Shown here: positions 55,831-64,000 of the stretch, one piece after another
How the letters are laid out: every line of letters begins with the position of its first letter
How positions within the stretch are numbered: position 1 is the first letter of the stretch
NCBI GenBank assembly: GCA_964401135.1
Contig: CAYNXC010000003.1
Span: 8,848 to 72,847, forward strand
DNA: 64,000 nucleotides
Origin: an uncultured Candidatus Saccharibacteria bacterium
GTDB lineage: Bacteria > Patescibacteriota > Minisyncoccia > Phycocordibacterales > UBA9988
Direction: 5' to 3'
Translations under genes and position numbers: made by a program
Notes under the pieces: generated by a model
The model's input: the letters and a program-made list of their open reading frames with translations, nothing else
What the model was told of the DNA's origin: nothing
The model's database searches: none

Positions 55831-56889
55831 CTATATCCCCTCTTCTCGAAGTTTCTCAACGAGTTCTTTTGCTTTTTTAGAAAGTCTTTGTGGAGTGCGA
55901 GTGATGATGCGAACAAGCAGATCTCCGCGCTTACCTGATGCGTAAGGGACACCTTTATTACGGATGCGTAGCATCTCTCCGTACGAGACACCAGCGGGGA
56001 TACCGACAGTCACTTCTCCATCCAAAGTATGGATGCGGTAATCAGCGCCAAGGAGCGCATCAGAAAGTTTTACATCCAAGTCCATGAGCATATGGTTGCC
56101 CTCGCGACGGAACTGCGGGTGCCGCTCCACATGTACTTTGATGTAGAGGTCGCCAGAGAGACCCTTCGCGACCGCTTCACCCCTCCCCGAGAGTCGTATC
56201 ATCTCACCATCCTGTATCCCCTGTGGGATACTCACAGACACCTCTTCCGTCTTCTTAAGCACGCCGTGACCACTACAGGTGCTACACGGGTGTGTGGGGA
56301 CTTTACCACTCCCACCACAAGCACTACACTCGCGGACGGAACTGAAAGAGCCTAGAAAAGATCGTTTAGTCTCGTGAATGCGTCCTTTGCCACCACAGGT
56401 CTTGCACTCTACTTCACTACTCCCCGCCCCAGCACCGCTCCCGCCACAAGTGTCACAGGATCCCACCTTGGAGATAAGGACCGTGCGCTGTGCGCCAAAG
56501 ATAGATTCTGCAAAAGTAATTTGTATATCAACAGAGATGTCACGACCACGACGTTGTCCTCTTTGTGATGCACCAGAGAAGAGGTCGTTGAAGAGGTCAC
56601 CGAGATCTACACCGCCAGAAAAATTACTAAAGTCAAAGCCTTGGAAACCGTCAAAACCGCCTCCACCACCTTGGAAGGTGGAGCCGTAGGTGTCGTACTC
56701 GGCGCGACGCTTGTCGTCAGAGAGGATATGGTAGGCCTCATTGAGCTCCTTAAACTTCGCCTCATCTCCACCCTTCTTATCTGGATGGTACTTGTGCGCA
56801 AGTTTATGGAAGGCTTTTTTAATATCCTCCTTTGAGGCGTTCTTACTGACGCCAAGTATCTCGTAGTAATCTTTCTTGTTGGTCGCCAT
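55831..56889 (-). CDS. dnaJ: molecular chaperone DnaJ
   Basis: A J domain with HPD (KYHPDK), a G/F-rich linker, and four CxxCxGxG zinc-finger repeats. Confidence 0.93.
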   Translation of the reverse strand: MATNKKDYYEILGVSKNASKEDIKKAFHKLAHKYHPDKKGGDEAKFKELNEAYHILSDDKRRAEYDTYGSTFQGGGGGFDGFQGFDFSNFSGGVDLGDLFNDLFSGASQRGQRRGRDISVDIQITFAESIFGAQRTVLISKVGSCDTCGGSGAGAGSSEVECKTCGGKGRIHETKRSFLGSFSSVRECSACGGSGKVPTHPCSTCSGHGVLKKTEEVSVSIPQGIQDGEMIRLSGRGEAVAKGLSGDLYIKVHVERHPQFRREGNHMLMDLDVKLSDALLGADYRIHTLDGEVTVGIPAGVSYGEMLRIRNKGVPYASGKRGDLLVRIITRTPQRLSKKAKELVEKLREEGI

Positions 56890-56892
56890 AGC

Positions 56893-58779
56893 TTATTTTA
56901 CATCCGCTTCACGGATTGGTCCTTCAGGATTCTCCTTTGGTACTTCGTCACTGGTAGTAGCATTTGGAGTGGTTTTGCTCATCGCTTCACCTATCTTCAT
57001 CATCTCACTCGAGAGAGCATCGCTAGCGGTCTTGAGTGCCGCCTTATCAGAGCCGTCCTTCACACCCTTGAGAGCATTTATTTTTTCTTCTACACCTTTC
57101 TTTAAGTCGTCAGAGATTTTGCCTTCAGCATCTTTAATCGCTTTTTCTGCTGAGTAACAGAGTGCATCTGCCTGATTGCGCAGGTCTACTAACTCACGTT
57201 TCTCCTTATCTTCTGTGGCGTGAAGCTCGGCATCCTTTTTCATCTTTTCAATGTCCTCTTTAGAGAGAGAGGACTTTGCCTCGATGCGAATTGACTGTTC
57301 TTTGCCAGTTGTTTTTTCTTTTGCCGAGACCTTGAGAATGCCGTTTGCATCAATATCAAAGGTCACTTCTACTTGCGGTAGTCCGCGCGGTGATGGAGGA
57401 ATACCGTCTAAGATGAAGCGTCCTAGTGTCTTGTTATCACCTGCCATCTCGCGCTCACCTTGAAGCACATGGATCTCTACGCTGGTCTGATTGTCTGCCG
57501 CAGTAGAGAAAATCTGTGAGCGAGAGATCGGCACGGTGGTATTTTTTTCTATCACCTTAGTAGACACTCCACCTAAGGTCTCAATACCAAGCGAGAGAGG
57601 AGTGACATCTAAGAGAAGTACATCCTTCACATCTCCTTGGAAGATACCCCCTTGAATGGCGGCACCGATAGCCACTACCTCGTCTGGATTGATGGAGCGA
57701 TTGGGTTCCTTACCGAATAAGATCTTAACTGCTTCTTGTATTGCTGGCATACGAGTCTGCCCTCCAACAAGGATCACCTCATCAATGTCGCCGAACTTGA
57801 GTCCCGAAGCGTCTACAGCACGTCTACAAATCTCTATAGAGCGATCAATGTACTTCTTTGCAATAGACTCAAGTGCCGCACGGTTCATCTTGAGCAGTAG
57901 GTGCTTAGGGCCGTTTGCATCAGAAGTAACAAAGGGGATATTGATCTCAGTTTCAGTTGCAGTAGAGAGCTCGTGCTTGGCCTTCTCTGTTGCCTCCTTG
58001 AGCCGTTGGAGTGCTAGCTCATCTTTGCGTACATCAATGCCGGACTCTTTTTGGAACTCTGCCGCAATGTAGTCAATGATGTCGTGATCAATGTCTTCAC
58101 CTCCCATGTGCGAGTCACCGTCGGTAGACTTCACCTCAATGGACTGCTCATCGTCACCAGTCACCTCCAAGACTGAGATATCAAAGGTGCCGCCACCAAA
58201 GTCATAGACTACAATCTTCTCGTTCTTCTTTTTATTAAAGCCGTAGGCCAGCGCGGCTGCGGTTGGCTCGTTGATAATACGGCGCACGGTAAAGCCCGCG
58301 ATCTCACCAGCATCCTTGGTTGCTTGGCGCTGTGAGTCATCAAAGTATGCGGGAACAGTAATTACTGCCTCGTCTATCTTCTCTCCCAACTTCGCCTCTG
58401 CGTCCTTCTTAAGTTTCTGCAGAATCATTGCAGAGACCTCCTCTGGGCGATGGTGCTTCTCGGCAAGGGTCACCTTAACACCGCCGTCATCTGATTTGGT
58501 GATCTCAAAGGGCACCGAGCTGCGATCCTTTGCCACTTCAGAATCATCGTAACGGTGACCCATCAGGCGCTTGATGCCGTAAATAGTATTTTTAGGATTG
58601 GTGACTGCCTGACGCTTAGCCAGGAGTCCAGTAAGTCGTTCTCCATTTTTTGAGAGCGCAACAATAGAGGGCGTAGTGCGGTTGCCTTCTGCGTTCTCAA
58701 TAATCTTTGGTTCACCACCTTCAACCACAGCCATTGCAGAATTAGTTGTGCCCAAATCAATACCAATTATCTTTGCCAT
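56893..58779 (-). CDS. dnaK: molecular chaperone DnaK (Hsp70)
   Basis: 628 aa with [18 protein letters not shown] and the remaining Hsp70 signatures. Confidence 0.96.
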   Translation of the reverse strand: MAKIIGIDLGTTNSAMAVVEGGEPKIIENAEGNRTTPSIVALSKNGERLTGLLAKRQAVTNPKNTIYGIKRLMGHRYDDSEVAKDRSSVPFEITKSDDGGVKVTLAEKHHRPEEVSAMILQKLKKDAEAKLGEKIDEAVITVPAYFDDSQRQATKDAGEIAGFTVRRIINEPTAAALAYGFNKKKNEKIVVYDFGGGTFDISVLEVTGDDEQSIEVKSTDGDSHMGGEDIDHDIIDYIAAEFQKESGIDVRKDELALQRLKEATEKAKHELSTATETEINIPFVTSDANGPKHLLLKMNRAALESIAKKYIDRSIEICRRAVDASGLKFGDIDEVILVGGQTRMPAIQEAVKILFGKEPNRSINPDEVVAIGAAIQGGIFQGDVKDVLLLDVTPLSLGIETLGGVSTKVIEKNTTVPISRSQIFSTAADNQTSVEIHVLQGEREMAGDNKTLGRFILDGIPPSPRGLPQVEVTFDIDANGILKVSAKEKTTGKEQSIRIEAKSSLSKEDIEKMKKDAELHATEDKEKRELVDLRNQADALCYSAEKAIKDAEGKISDDLKKGVEEKINALKGVKDGSDKAALKTASDALSSEMMKIGEAMSKTTPNATTSDEVPKENPEGPIREADVK

Positions 58780-58790
58780 AACATCTCTTA

Positions 58791-59372
58791 TTATTGTGTA
58801 ATATGCGACCCAAGCATCACTCGCGCCGGAGCGAGCACCCGTTCATGAAGTAAGTATCCTCGCTTTTGTACACCTTGCACTGTCCCTTCATGGGAGAGAT
58901 CATAGACCGGTGCCGTGCCAACGCTCTCATGCAACAGAGGATCAAAGGTATCGCCTATTTGTGGGTCTATCGCCGTAATACCATAATCAGAGAGCACCTT
59001 CATAAACTGCGAATGGATATATTCTATACCAGTACGCCACTCTTTAGAAACACTCTCCCAACTCTCACGGTTACTAAAGGCCATTTGGAAGCTCTCTTCT
59101 ACCGCGAGGAGGTCGTTCAAGAGCCCTTCGGTAGCGTACTCGCGCACCTTACCGTGCCGGGCCTCCTCATCTTTTTTGTAGTTGGCAAGGTCCGCCTTCA
59201 TCCGCTGCCAGCCATCAAGGTACTCTTTCCGTTCCGTCTCCGCGTGTTTCAACTTTTCTTTTAATATGTGAATCATCTCTTGAGGATCTTTGAGTGCGGC
59301 GGCATCGGAGTCACCAAGCTCCGTCTCTATTGTGATGTCATCCTCTTCTTGTGCTCTATGTTTCTCATTCAT
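58791..59372 (-). CDS. grpE: nucleotide exchange factor GrpE
   Basis: 193 aa with the coiled-coil N-terminus and the GrpE C-terminal block (... [32 protein letters not shown] ...). Confidence 0.9.
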   Translation of the reverse strand: MNEKHRAQEEDDITIETELGDSDAAALKDPQEMIHILKEKLKHAETERKEYLDGWQRMKADLANYKKDEEARHGKVREYATEGLLNDLLAVEESFQMAFSNRESWESVSKEWRTGIEYIHSQFMKVLSDYGITAIDPQIGDTFDPLLHESVGTAPVYDLSHEGTVQGVQKRGYLLHERVLAPARVMLGSHITQ

Positions 59373-59381
59373 GCGGCTGGT

Positions 59382-59410
59382 AGTATATGCTATTAAAACA
59401 CTTCTGTCAA
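59382..59410 (-). promoter_or_regulatory. near-consensus sigma70-like promoter (TTGACA, 17 nt spacer, TATACT) for grpE-dnaK-dnaJ, predicting a leaderless or near-leaderless mRNA
   Basis: On the minus strand, TTGACA is at 59410-59405 and TATACT at 59387-59382 with a 17-nt spacer. Only 9 nt separate the -10 from the grpE ATG at 59372. There is no SD sequence, and no CIRCE inverted repeat is visible. Confidence 0.5.
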
Positions 59411-59419
59411 GTCTTATTC

Positions 59420-59452
59420 CAAGACAAAAGCCCTCCCATGTATGAGAGGGCT
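59420..59452 (-). terminator. terminator hairpin downstream of the small 59480..59680 gene
   Basis: A GCCCTC / GAGGGC stem followed on the minus strand by CTTTTGTCTT. Confidence 0.45.
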
Positions 59453-59479
59453 GAATGATGGAAGTGAGACTTCCACATC

Positions 59480-59680
59480 TTATACAGTTTCTGCAGGTTC
59501 TTGCGGAGGGAGGCAGTCTATCTCGGTCTTATGCCCGCAGTGGTCACACACAGAGAAAAGTCTATCTTCCTCCAGAATAATCTCTTCCGCTGGTTCCGGA
59601 TAGCCACTGCCACAAGTAGCACAGATGACTCCTGTCTGCCATTCACCACCAAGAGCTCTACCCCAGTAAGTTTGAAACAT
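59480..59680 (-). CDS. hypothetical small zinc-ribbon protein
   Basis: 66 aa with CxxC (CATCGSG) and CxxC (CDHCGH) pairs. It sits in its own slot with a downstream terminator. Confidence 0.45.
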   Translation of the reverse strand: MFQTYWGRALGGEWQTGVICATCGSGYPEPAEEIILEEDRLFSVCDHCGHKTEIDCLPPQEPAETV

Positions 59681-59847
59681 CCTTATATTCCTCCTTTTCC
59701 TAAGATCTATACGCTATCTCCTATTATAACACATCCAATATAATAAAACAAGACCCCACCAAACGGTGGTGTTTTTGTGGTAATGATTACCGTATGCACA
59801 TAACCCTACCAAAGATGGGACAGTCAGCGTCATCTCGCCACAGAGGA

Positions 59848-60258
59848 CTAACGTTTAGACCATTGAGGAGACTTCCTAGCTTTCTTGAGGCCGAACTTGC
59901 GACGCTCTTTTTGACGCGCATCAGAGCTCAAGAGCTTCTCCTTCTTCAGCACGGTGCGGAGTTGTGTCTCTCGTGCCGCAAGAGCACGCGCAAGACCAAG
60001 CGAGATCGCTTCACCCTGTGAATGGATGCCACCGCCACGCACATGCACGGAGATGTGGTACTTATCTACTACTTCTTCAGCTACAAGTGGGCGCCGCACA
60101 ATCATACGGAGCATGTTTGTTTTAAAATACTCATCTACAGGGAGCTCGTTGACCTCAAAGGCAGCCCTAGCACCAGGGGAAATGCGCACACGAGCAACAC
60201 TCGTCTTTCTGCGACCAATGCCCTCCGTATATCCTGTCTTGCTTGCTTTTTCTACCAT
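59848..60258 (-). CDS. rpsI: 30S ribosomal protein S9
   Basis: 136 aa. The block GRRKTSVARV and the C-terminal basic tail ending KR are the S9 signature. Confidence 0.93.
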   Translation of the reverse strand: MVEKASKTGYTEGIGRRKTSVARVRISPGARAAFEVNELPVDEYFKTNMLRMIVRRPLVAEEVVDKYHISVHVRGGGIHSQGEAISLGLARALAARETQLRTVLKKEKLLSSDARQKERRKFGLKKARKSPQWSKR

Positions 60259-60261
60259 ACA

Positions 60262-60621
60262 CTACTCTTTAATAGTAAGGTTATTCATCATACTAGAACG
60301 CAGACGATTATGAGGGAGCATCCCCAATACCGCTTTCCGCAATAATTCACTCACTCCCTTCCTGCTACGCAGCTGCGCAAGCGTCTCCTTCTTCTCCCCT
60401 CCGGGGAAATGGGAGTGCCGGCGGTAGGTCGTCCCTCTTGCACGCTGTTCGGTAATCTTAAGCTTCCCAACATTTGTTACAGTCACCGTATCAGTAGGGA
60501 TAAGATGCCGCTCAAAGCTCGGATGACTCTTTCCGCGCAGAAGTACAGCAACATCGCTTGCGACGCGGCCTAAAGTTCTCCCTGTTGCATCAATATTGTG
60601 TTGCATATTATACAAATTCAA
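60262..60621 (-). CDS. rplM: 50S ribosomal protein L13
   Basis: Block similarity to L13 (IDATGRTLGRVASDVA.LLRGK ... GMLP.NRL). An alternative start at 60606 (MQHN) would remove the 14-nt overlap with rplQ. Confidence 0.88.
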   Translation of the reverse strand: MNLYNMQHNIDATGRTLGRVASDVAVLLRGKSHPSFERHLIPTDTVTVTNVGKLKITEQRARGTTYRRHSHFPGGEKKETLAQLRSRKGVSELLRKAVLGMLPHNRLRSSMMNNLTIKE

Positions 60622-60958
60622 TCAGCGCCATCTCACTCGCATCCCCCTCTCGTGCGGGAAGCTTCACAATGCGGGTGTAGCCGCCCTGCCTCTCTTTATA
60701 CTTGGGGCTAATCTCTTCTGCAAGTTTCTTGGCCTCAGCCTCCCGCCCCAGACGAGAGACGAGTAGGCGTCGAGTCGCAAGACCTTCTCGCTTCCCCAAG
60801 GTCACTAGCTTTTCTATCAGCGGGCGCACTTCTTTGGCACGAGCAAGCGTTGTGGTCATACGGCCCTCATTAATCATATTGCGTAAGAGTGACCGCAAAA
60901 AAGCTGTCCGCACTTTGCGCTCTCTACCAAACTTCCGTTTTGTGTCGTGATGCCGCAT
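60608..60958 (-). CDS. rplQ: 50S ribosomal protein L17
   Basis: 116 aa starting MRHHDTKRKFGRERKVRTAFLRSLLRNMI, the L17 consensus, with a GGYTRIVKL C-terminus. Confidence 0.92.
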   Translation of the reverse strand: MRHHDTKRKFGRERKVRTAFLRSLLRNMINEGRMTTTLARAKEVRPLIEKLVTLGKREGLATRRLLVSRLGREAEAKKLAEEISPKYKERQGGYTRIVKLPAREGDASEMALIEFV

Positions 60959-60967
60959 ATCGTGTAC

Positions 60968-61924
60968 TTATTTTAGTATGAGCCCGTAGTGTTCCAGTGC
61001 TGTTTTAATTTCTTCTAATCCCTTCTCCCCCAATCCAGAGATCTCCAATAGGTCTTCTTCCCTCTTCTTTGAGAGTCCTGCGATTGTGCGGATACCTGCC
61101 GAGGCCAAAGCCTTTTGGGTGCGGACAGAGAAGTTAAGATCATCAATCTTCACCTTAGCAGGATCAGTGGTAGCAGACGAGAGAGATGCCCCATCATTCA
61201 TCTCATGTGTGTCCTCATCGTAAGTCTCGCGGCCTTCAAAACCGATGATAGCCTTGAGTTGAACGATCATGGTCTCAATAGAGCGCTCAAGCGCCTCGCG
61301 AGGTGTAATGATACCATCTGTCTCAATAGAGAGTTTGAGTCGGTTATAGTCCGTGCGATTCCCAACACGCATATTCTCAACTTCGTAGTGCACTTTACGG
61401 ATAGGAGTAAAGACAGCATCCAACGCAATAATGCCTACCTCCACTTTCTCACGATGGAGAACCTCCTTGGATACATAGCCAAGTCCGCGCTCAACAGAGA
61501 GTTCCATGGAGAGTTCAGAATTTTTCTCTGTGAGTGTTGCGATAACCTGATCAGGATTCATTACAGCGACCTGTCCAGGGATCTTCAAATCAGCGGCGGA
61601 AACCGTGCGCACACCTTTTACTGAGAGGGAGATGGCCTGAGTCTCATCGGTAGAGAGCTTGAAGCGAATTTTCTTCAGATTGAGGATAATCGCTATCACA
61701 TCCTCCTTCACACCAGAGATTGTTGAGAACTCGTGGTTTACCCCGTCAATCCTTACTGAGGTGACTGCGGCGCCTGGAAGTGATGATAGGATGATACGGC
61801 GCAGAGAATTTCCGAGCGTATGTCCATAGCCCGGGTACAGACCCTCTATTTCATACACGCCAGAGTTGCCCTCCTCGCGGATGACTCTTGGCTTTGACGG
61901 CATGATGATGGTGAAATCTGCCAT
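60968..61924 (-). CDS. rpoA: DNA-directed RNA polymerase subunit alpha
   Basis: 318 aa with an N-terminal dimerisation domain (GYGHTLGNSLRRILLSSL) and a C-terminal alpha-CTD helix-hairpin-helix. Confidence 0.95.
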   Translation of the reverse strand: MADFTIIMPSKPRVIREEGNSGVYEIEGLYPGYGHTLGNSLRRIILSSLPGAAVTSVRIDGVNHEFSTISGVKEDVIAIILNLKKIRFKLSTDETQAISLSVKGVRTVSAADLKIPGQVAVMNPDQVIATLTEKNSELSMELSVERGLGYVSKEVLHREKVEVGIIALDAVFTPIRKVHYEVENMRVGNRTDYNRLKLSIETDGIITPREALERSIETMIVQLKAIIGFEGRETYDEDTHEMNDGASLSSATTDPAKVKIDDLNFSVRTQKALASAGIRTIAGLSKKREEDLLEISGLGEKGLEEIKTALEHYGLILK

Positions 61925-61950
61925 AGTGTAATAATTACGCTAGTAAGGTT

Positions 61951-62562
61951 CTAAACACGACTATAAAACTCGATAATGGCTCCAAAGTTAATGTTAGCCT
62001 CTGCCTGCCCAGCTCCGGGTGTCCCTCGTACCACTCCTTCCAACTTTGTAAAATCAACAGAGAGCCATTCTGGGAGTACATAACCTTTGTTCCGTTCCTC
62101 AATATTTTTAAAAATGCCATTCACCTTACTCCCGCCACGTACGCTAAGCAGATCTCCCTGCCGTACCTGATACGATGGGATGCCCATACGGCGGCCGTTC
62201 ACTTGGATGTGGCCATGCGCCACCACCTGGCGAGCGAAAAGACGCGAAGGTACCAGCCCCATACGGAAGAGGACATTATCTAGACGAGACTCAAGTTTTT
62301 GGTAAAGGTAGAGTGATGGATTCTCTTTGCCTACAGATTGGGACTCCTTCACATAGCGAGAGAACTGTCGCTCTGTCACACAATATGAGAAGCGCGCCTT
62401 CTGCTTCTCTAAGAGCTGGAGACCGTACTCTGTCTTTGGCCGCGGAGGTCGCTTAGTGCTACGACGCTTGGTGCCAGAAATAGCAAACTTAGTAGTTTGG
62501 CACTTTGGGAAGATGCGGTCGCCGACCATGCGGCTAATTTTATACTGTGGTCCAATCTTCAT
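61951..62562 (-). CDS. rpsD: 30S ribosomal protein S4
   Basis: 203 aa with the S4 N-terminal and S4 RNA-binding domain blocks (... RLDNVLFRMGL ...). Confidence 0.93.
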   Translation of the reverse strand: MKIGPQYKISRMVGDRIFPKCQTTKFAISGTKRRSTKRPPRPKTEYGLQLLEKQKARFSYCVTERQFSRYVKESQSVGKENPSLYLYQKLESRLDNVLFRMGLVPSRLFARQVVAHGHIQVNGRRMGIPSYQVRQGDLLSVRGGSKVNGIFKNIEERNKGYVLPEWLSVDFTKLEGVVRGTPGAGQAEANINFGAIIEFYSRV

Positions 62563-62565
62563 ACG

Positions 62566-62997
62566 CTATACTCTTCGCGGCTTTTCCGCTCGTGGCCCAT
62601 TGTGAGGGACAGGAGTGGTATCCGTAATTGAATTAATGGTAAATCCACGAGATGCAAATGCGCGCATCGCGGACTCGCGCCCCGATCCAACGCCCTTGAT
62701 CTTTACATCGATCTCCTTCAATCCCATAACCTCCCCCTTCTCTGCAAGGAGTTCTCCCACTTTGGCTGCAGCAAAGGGTGTCCCCTTTTTAGCTCCCTTG
62801 AACCCCAGACTTCCTGATGAAGACCATGCAATTGGATTACCCTTACCATCGCAGAGTACCACCTTGGTATTGTTGTAAGTTGCTTCAATACTCAAAATGC
62901 CGTACTCAAGTTTGCGACGCGGCAGTTTAGCAGCGGCGCGTGTCTTTGCTCCCAGATCTCCCTCGGTTCCACTTTTTGCAATGCGTTTCTTTCCCAT
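62566..62997 (-). CDS. rpsK: 30S ribosomal protein S11
   Basis: 143 aa with the S11 consensus blocks (... TFNNT ... SSGSLGFKGAKK.TPFAA ...). Confidence 0.93.
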   Translation of the reverse strand: MGKKRIAKSGTEGDLGAKTRAAAKLPRRKLEYGILSIEATYNNTKVVLCDGKGNPIAWSSSGSLGFKGAKKGTPFAAAKVGELLAEKGEVMGLKEIDVKIKGVGSGRESAMRAFASRGFTINSITDTTPVPHNGPRAEKPRRV

Positions 62998-63022
62998 AAA
63001 TATTTATAGTGAGCTCGTTGAA

Positions 63023-63406
63023 CTACTTCTTCTCAAGCTTCTTGCGACCAGAGCCCATCGTCTTTCTCACATTACCACGCACAGTGCGCGAATTTGTCTT
63101 TGTCCGCTGTCCGCGTGCTGGGAGACCACGGGAGTGTCGTGAACCACGGTACGAGCGGATATCCTTCAGTCGGCGGATGTGTGCAGAAATTTCGCGTTTG
63201 AGATCACCTTCAATCTTGAGCGCGCCTTCTATCACTTTTCTAATACGCTGTTCCTCTTCGGCAGAGAGCTCTTGTGATTTCTTGCCGTAGGGGATTTTTG
63301 CGGAGTCAAGAATCGTGTGAGCTAGAGGGCGACCGATACCATAAATCGTCGTCAGGGCAATCTCCAAGCGCTTCCCGTCTGGGATGGTAATTCCTGCAAT
63401 ACGCAT
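63023..63406 (-). CDS. rpsM: 30S ribosomal protein S13
   Basis: 127 aa. The N-terminus MRIAGITIPDGKRLEIALTTIYGIGR is the S13 consensus. Confidence 0.93.
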   Translation of the reverse strand: MRIAGITIPDGKRLEIALTTIYGIGRPLAHTILDSAKIPYGKKSQELSAEEEQRIRKVIEGALKIEGDLKREISAHIRRLKDIRSYRGSRHSRGLPARGQRTKTNSRTVRGNVRKTMGSGRKKLEKK

Positions 63407-63408
63407 AC

Positions 63409-63525
63409 TTATCCTTGCTTTTGCTTATGGCTCGGTTTTGTGCTGCAAATGACATACAGTCTGCCCTTGCGTCGCACTGTCTTACATTTACTGCATCGTG
63501 GTTTTACCGATGACCGTACATTCAT
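63409..63525 (-). CDS. rpmJ: 50S ribosomal protein L36
   Basis: Not in the ORF track because it is under 60 aa. My manual reverse-strand translation gives [38 protein letters not shown] (38 aa). This matches the L36 consensus, including the zinc-ribbon C-x2-C...C pattern, and sits in the canonical infA-rpmJ-rpsM position. Confidence 0.88.
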   Translation of the reverse strand: MNVRSSVKPRCSKCKTVRRKGRLYVICSTKPSHKQKQG

Positions 63526-63535
63526 AAAATAATTC

Positions 63536-63760
63536 TTATAGTCTCCTGGTGATGCGGCCCTTCTCGCCATACTGATCAAGAAGTACCTCTACGCGGTCAC
63601 CGACGAGGACTCTGATACGGCTAATCCGCATCCGCCCTGCCAGATACGCAAGTACTTCATTGTCGCCGTCAAGTGCGACACGAAAGATAGTATTTGGCAG
63701 TGCCTCTAAGACCGTGCCAAGTACGGTGGCCCTTTTGTTGCCTTCTTCTTCCATCAACAA
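63536..63760 (-). CDS. infA: translation initiation factor IF-1
   Basis: 74 aa with the S1-like OB fold and the IF-1 consensus blocks (... NTIFRV.L.DG ... V.A.L.GRMR ... IRVL.GDRVEV). Confidence 0.92.
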   Translation of the reverse strand: MLMEEEGNKRATVLGTVLEALPNTIFRVALDGDNEVLAYLAGRMRISRIRVLVGDRVEVLLDQYGEKGRITRRL

Positions 63761-63802
63761 GCTACCCTGCGCATAGTATCACAGTCTTAAAATTAGTCAA
63801 AC

Positions 63803-64000
63803 TTAGAAGCTTTTTGCTTGTTCTATGAATATCTTTTCAGTATCCGTGGGGAATCTACCCACCCATGAGGGAGAAAAACTGACCTCCGCACGTTTAATAG
63901 CTGGGTAGGCACTGAAAATGGTACCGTACTCTTTTTTATCCTTACCTGCCAAACGTGATTTGAGCTCCGTCTTGTCAAAGGTGTAGACAAGAGAGGCAGT
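63803..64000 (-). CDS. 3' end of an unidentified CDS (the gene continues beyond the window end)
   Basis: A reverse-strand frame is open for 66 codons and ends at a TAA at 63805-63803. The C-terminal sequence (... KSRLAGKDKKEYGTIF ... KIFIEQAKSF) is unlike MAP, which would be expected upstream of infA. Confidence 0.3.
   Translation of the reverse strand, partial: TASLVYTFDKTELKSRLAGKDKKEYGTIFSAYPAIKRAEVSFSPSWVGRFPTDTEKIFIEQAKSF

Noticed and set aside
56029-56889. Multiple 60-110 aa plus-strand ORFs overlapping dnaJ
   Set aside because: They are antisense to the confidently identified dnaJ. The Pro/Arg/Thr-rich translations mirror the Gly-rich DnaJ coding strand.
1-64000. Search for CRISPR arrays, transposases, integrases, phage genes and rRNA
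   Set aside because: I found no periodic direct-repeat arrays and no transposase, integrase or phage-like ORFs. Nothing resembles rRNA. The only repeats I noticed are the coiled-coil codon repeat inside mreC (about 19980-20100) and the short GTGG promoter repeats.

Overview
This is a gene-dense (about 93% coding) bacterial chromosomal window of housekeeping genes, with no recognisable mobile elements, CRISPR arrays or rRNA genes. I call about 75 CDS and one tRNA-Glu(CUC). The main blocks, in order, are as follows. First, pyrD, a PIN-PhoH (PhoH2) ATPase and prmC. Second, a small accessory islet (Zn-ribbon, membrane protein, receiver-like protein, SIMPL/YggE) followed by pyk, hpf, fmt, def and priA. 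Third, murA, then a morphogenesis region holding two mreB paralogs, holB, frr, rseP, proS, mreC, mreD and mrdA (PBP2). Fourth, greA, lysS, then half of a dcw cluster on the plus strand (mraZ, rsmH, ftsL, ftsI, murF). Fifth, a 670-bp non-coding island carrying tRNA-Glu, then a small membrane protein, a divergent Nramp-like transporter, a GH18 hydrolase, rmuC, rplU, recR, dnaB, cysS, a corA-like gene, ctpA, rplI and rpmA. Sixth, a cluster of secreted or membrane cell-wall-remodelling proteins (sunset-domain protein, SLT-like transglycosylase, M23 peptidase). Seventh, on the minus strand: gltX, the other dcw half (murG, ftsW, mraY, dac), scpAB, a nucleotidyltransferase/Nudix pair, aspS-like, trpS, a grpE-dnaK-dnaJ operon, and a ribosomal/rpoA cluster (infA, rpmJ, rpsM, rpsK, rpsD, rpoA, rplQ, rplM, rpsI). 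rpmJ (L36, 38 aa) is absent from the ORF track and I recovered it by hand. The genes that look minimised are proS (no editing insertion), murF (no N-terminal domain), holB (short) and priA (helicase motifs apparently lost). Together with the many small hypothetical membrane proteins, this suggests a small-genome lineage, possibly Patescibacteria/CPR-like, but that is an inference only. Notable regulatory calls are a GTGG direct-repeat array over the mraZ promoter (predicted MraZ operator) and a near-consensus promoter giving an essentially leaderless grpE-dnaK-dnaJ transcript. I did not see a single obvious novel system; the best candidates for undescribed biology are the accessory islets at 3.9-5.8 kb, 29.5-33.8 kb and 42.0-45.3 kb.
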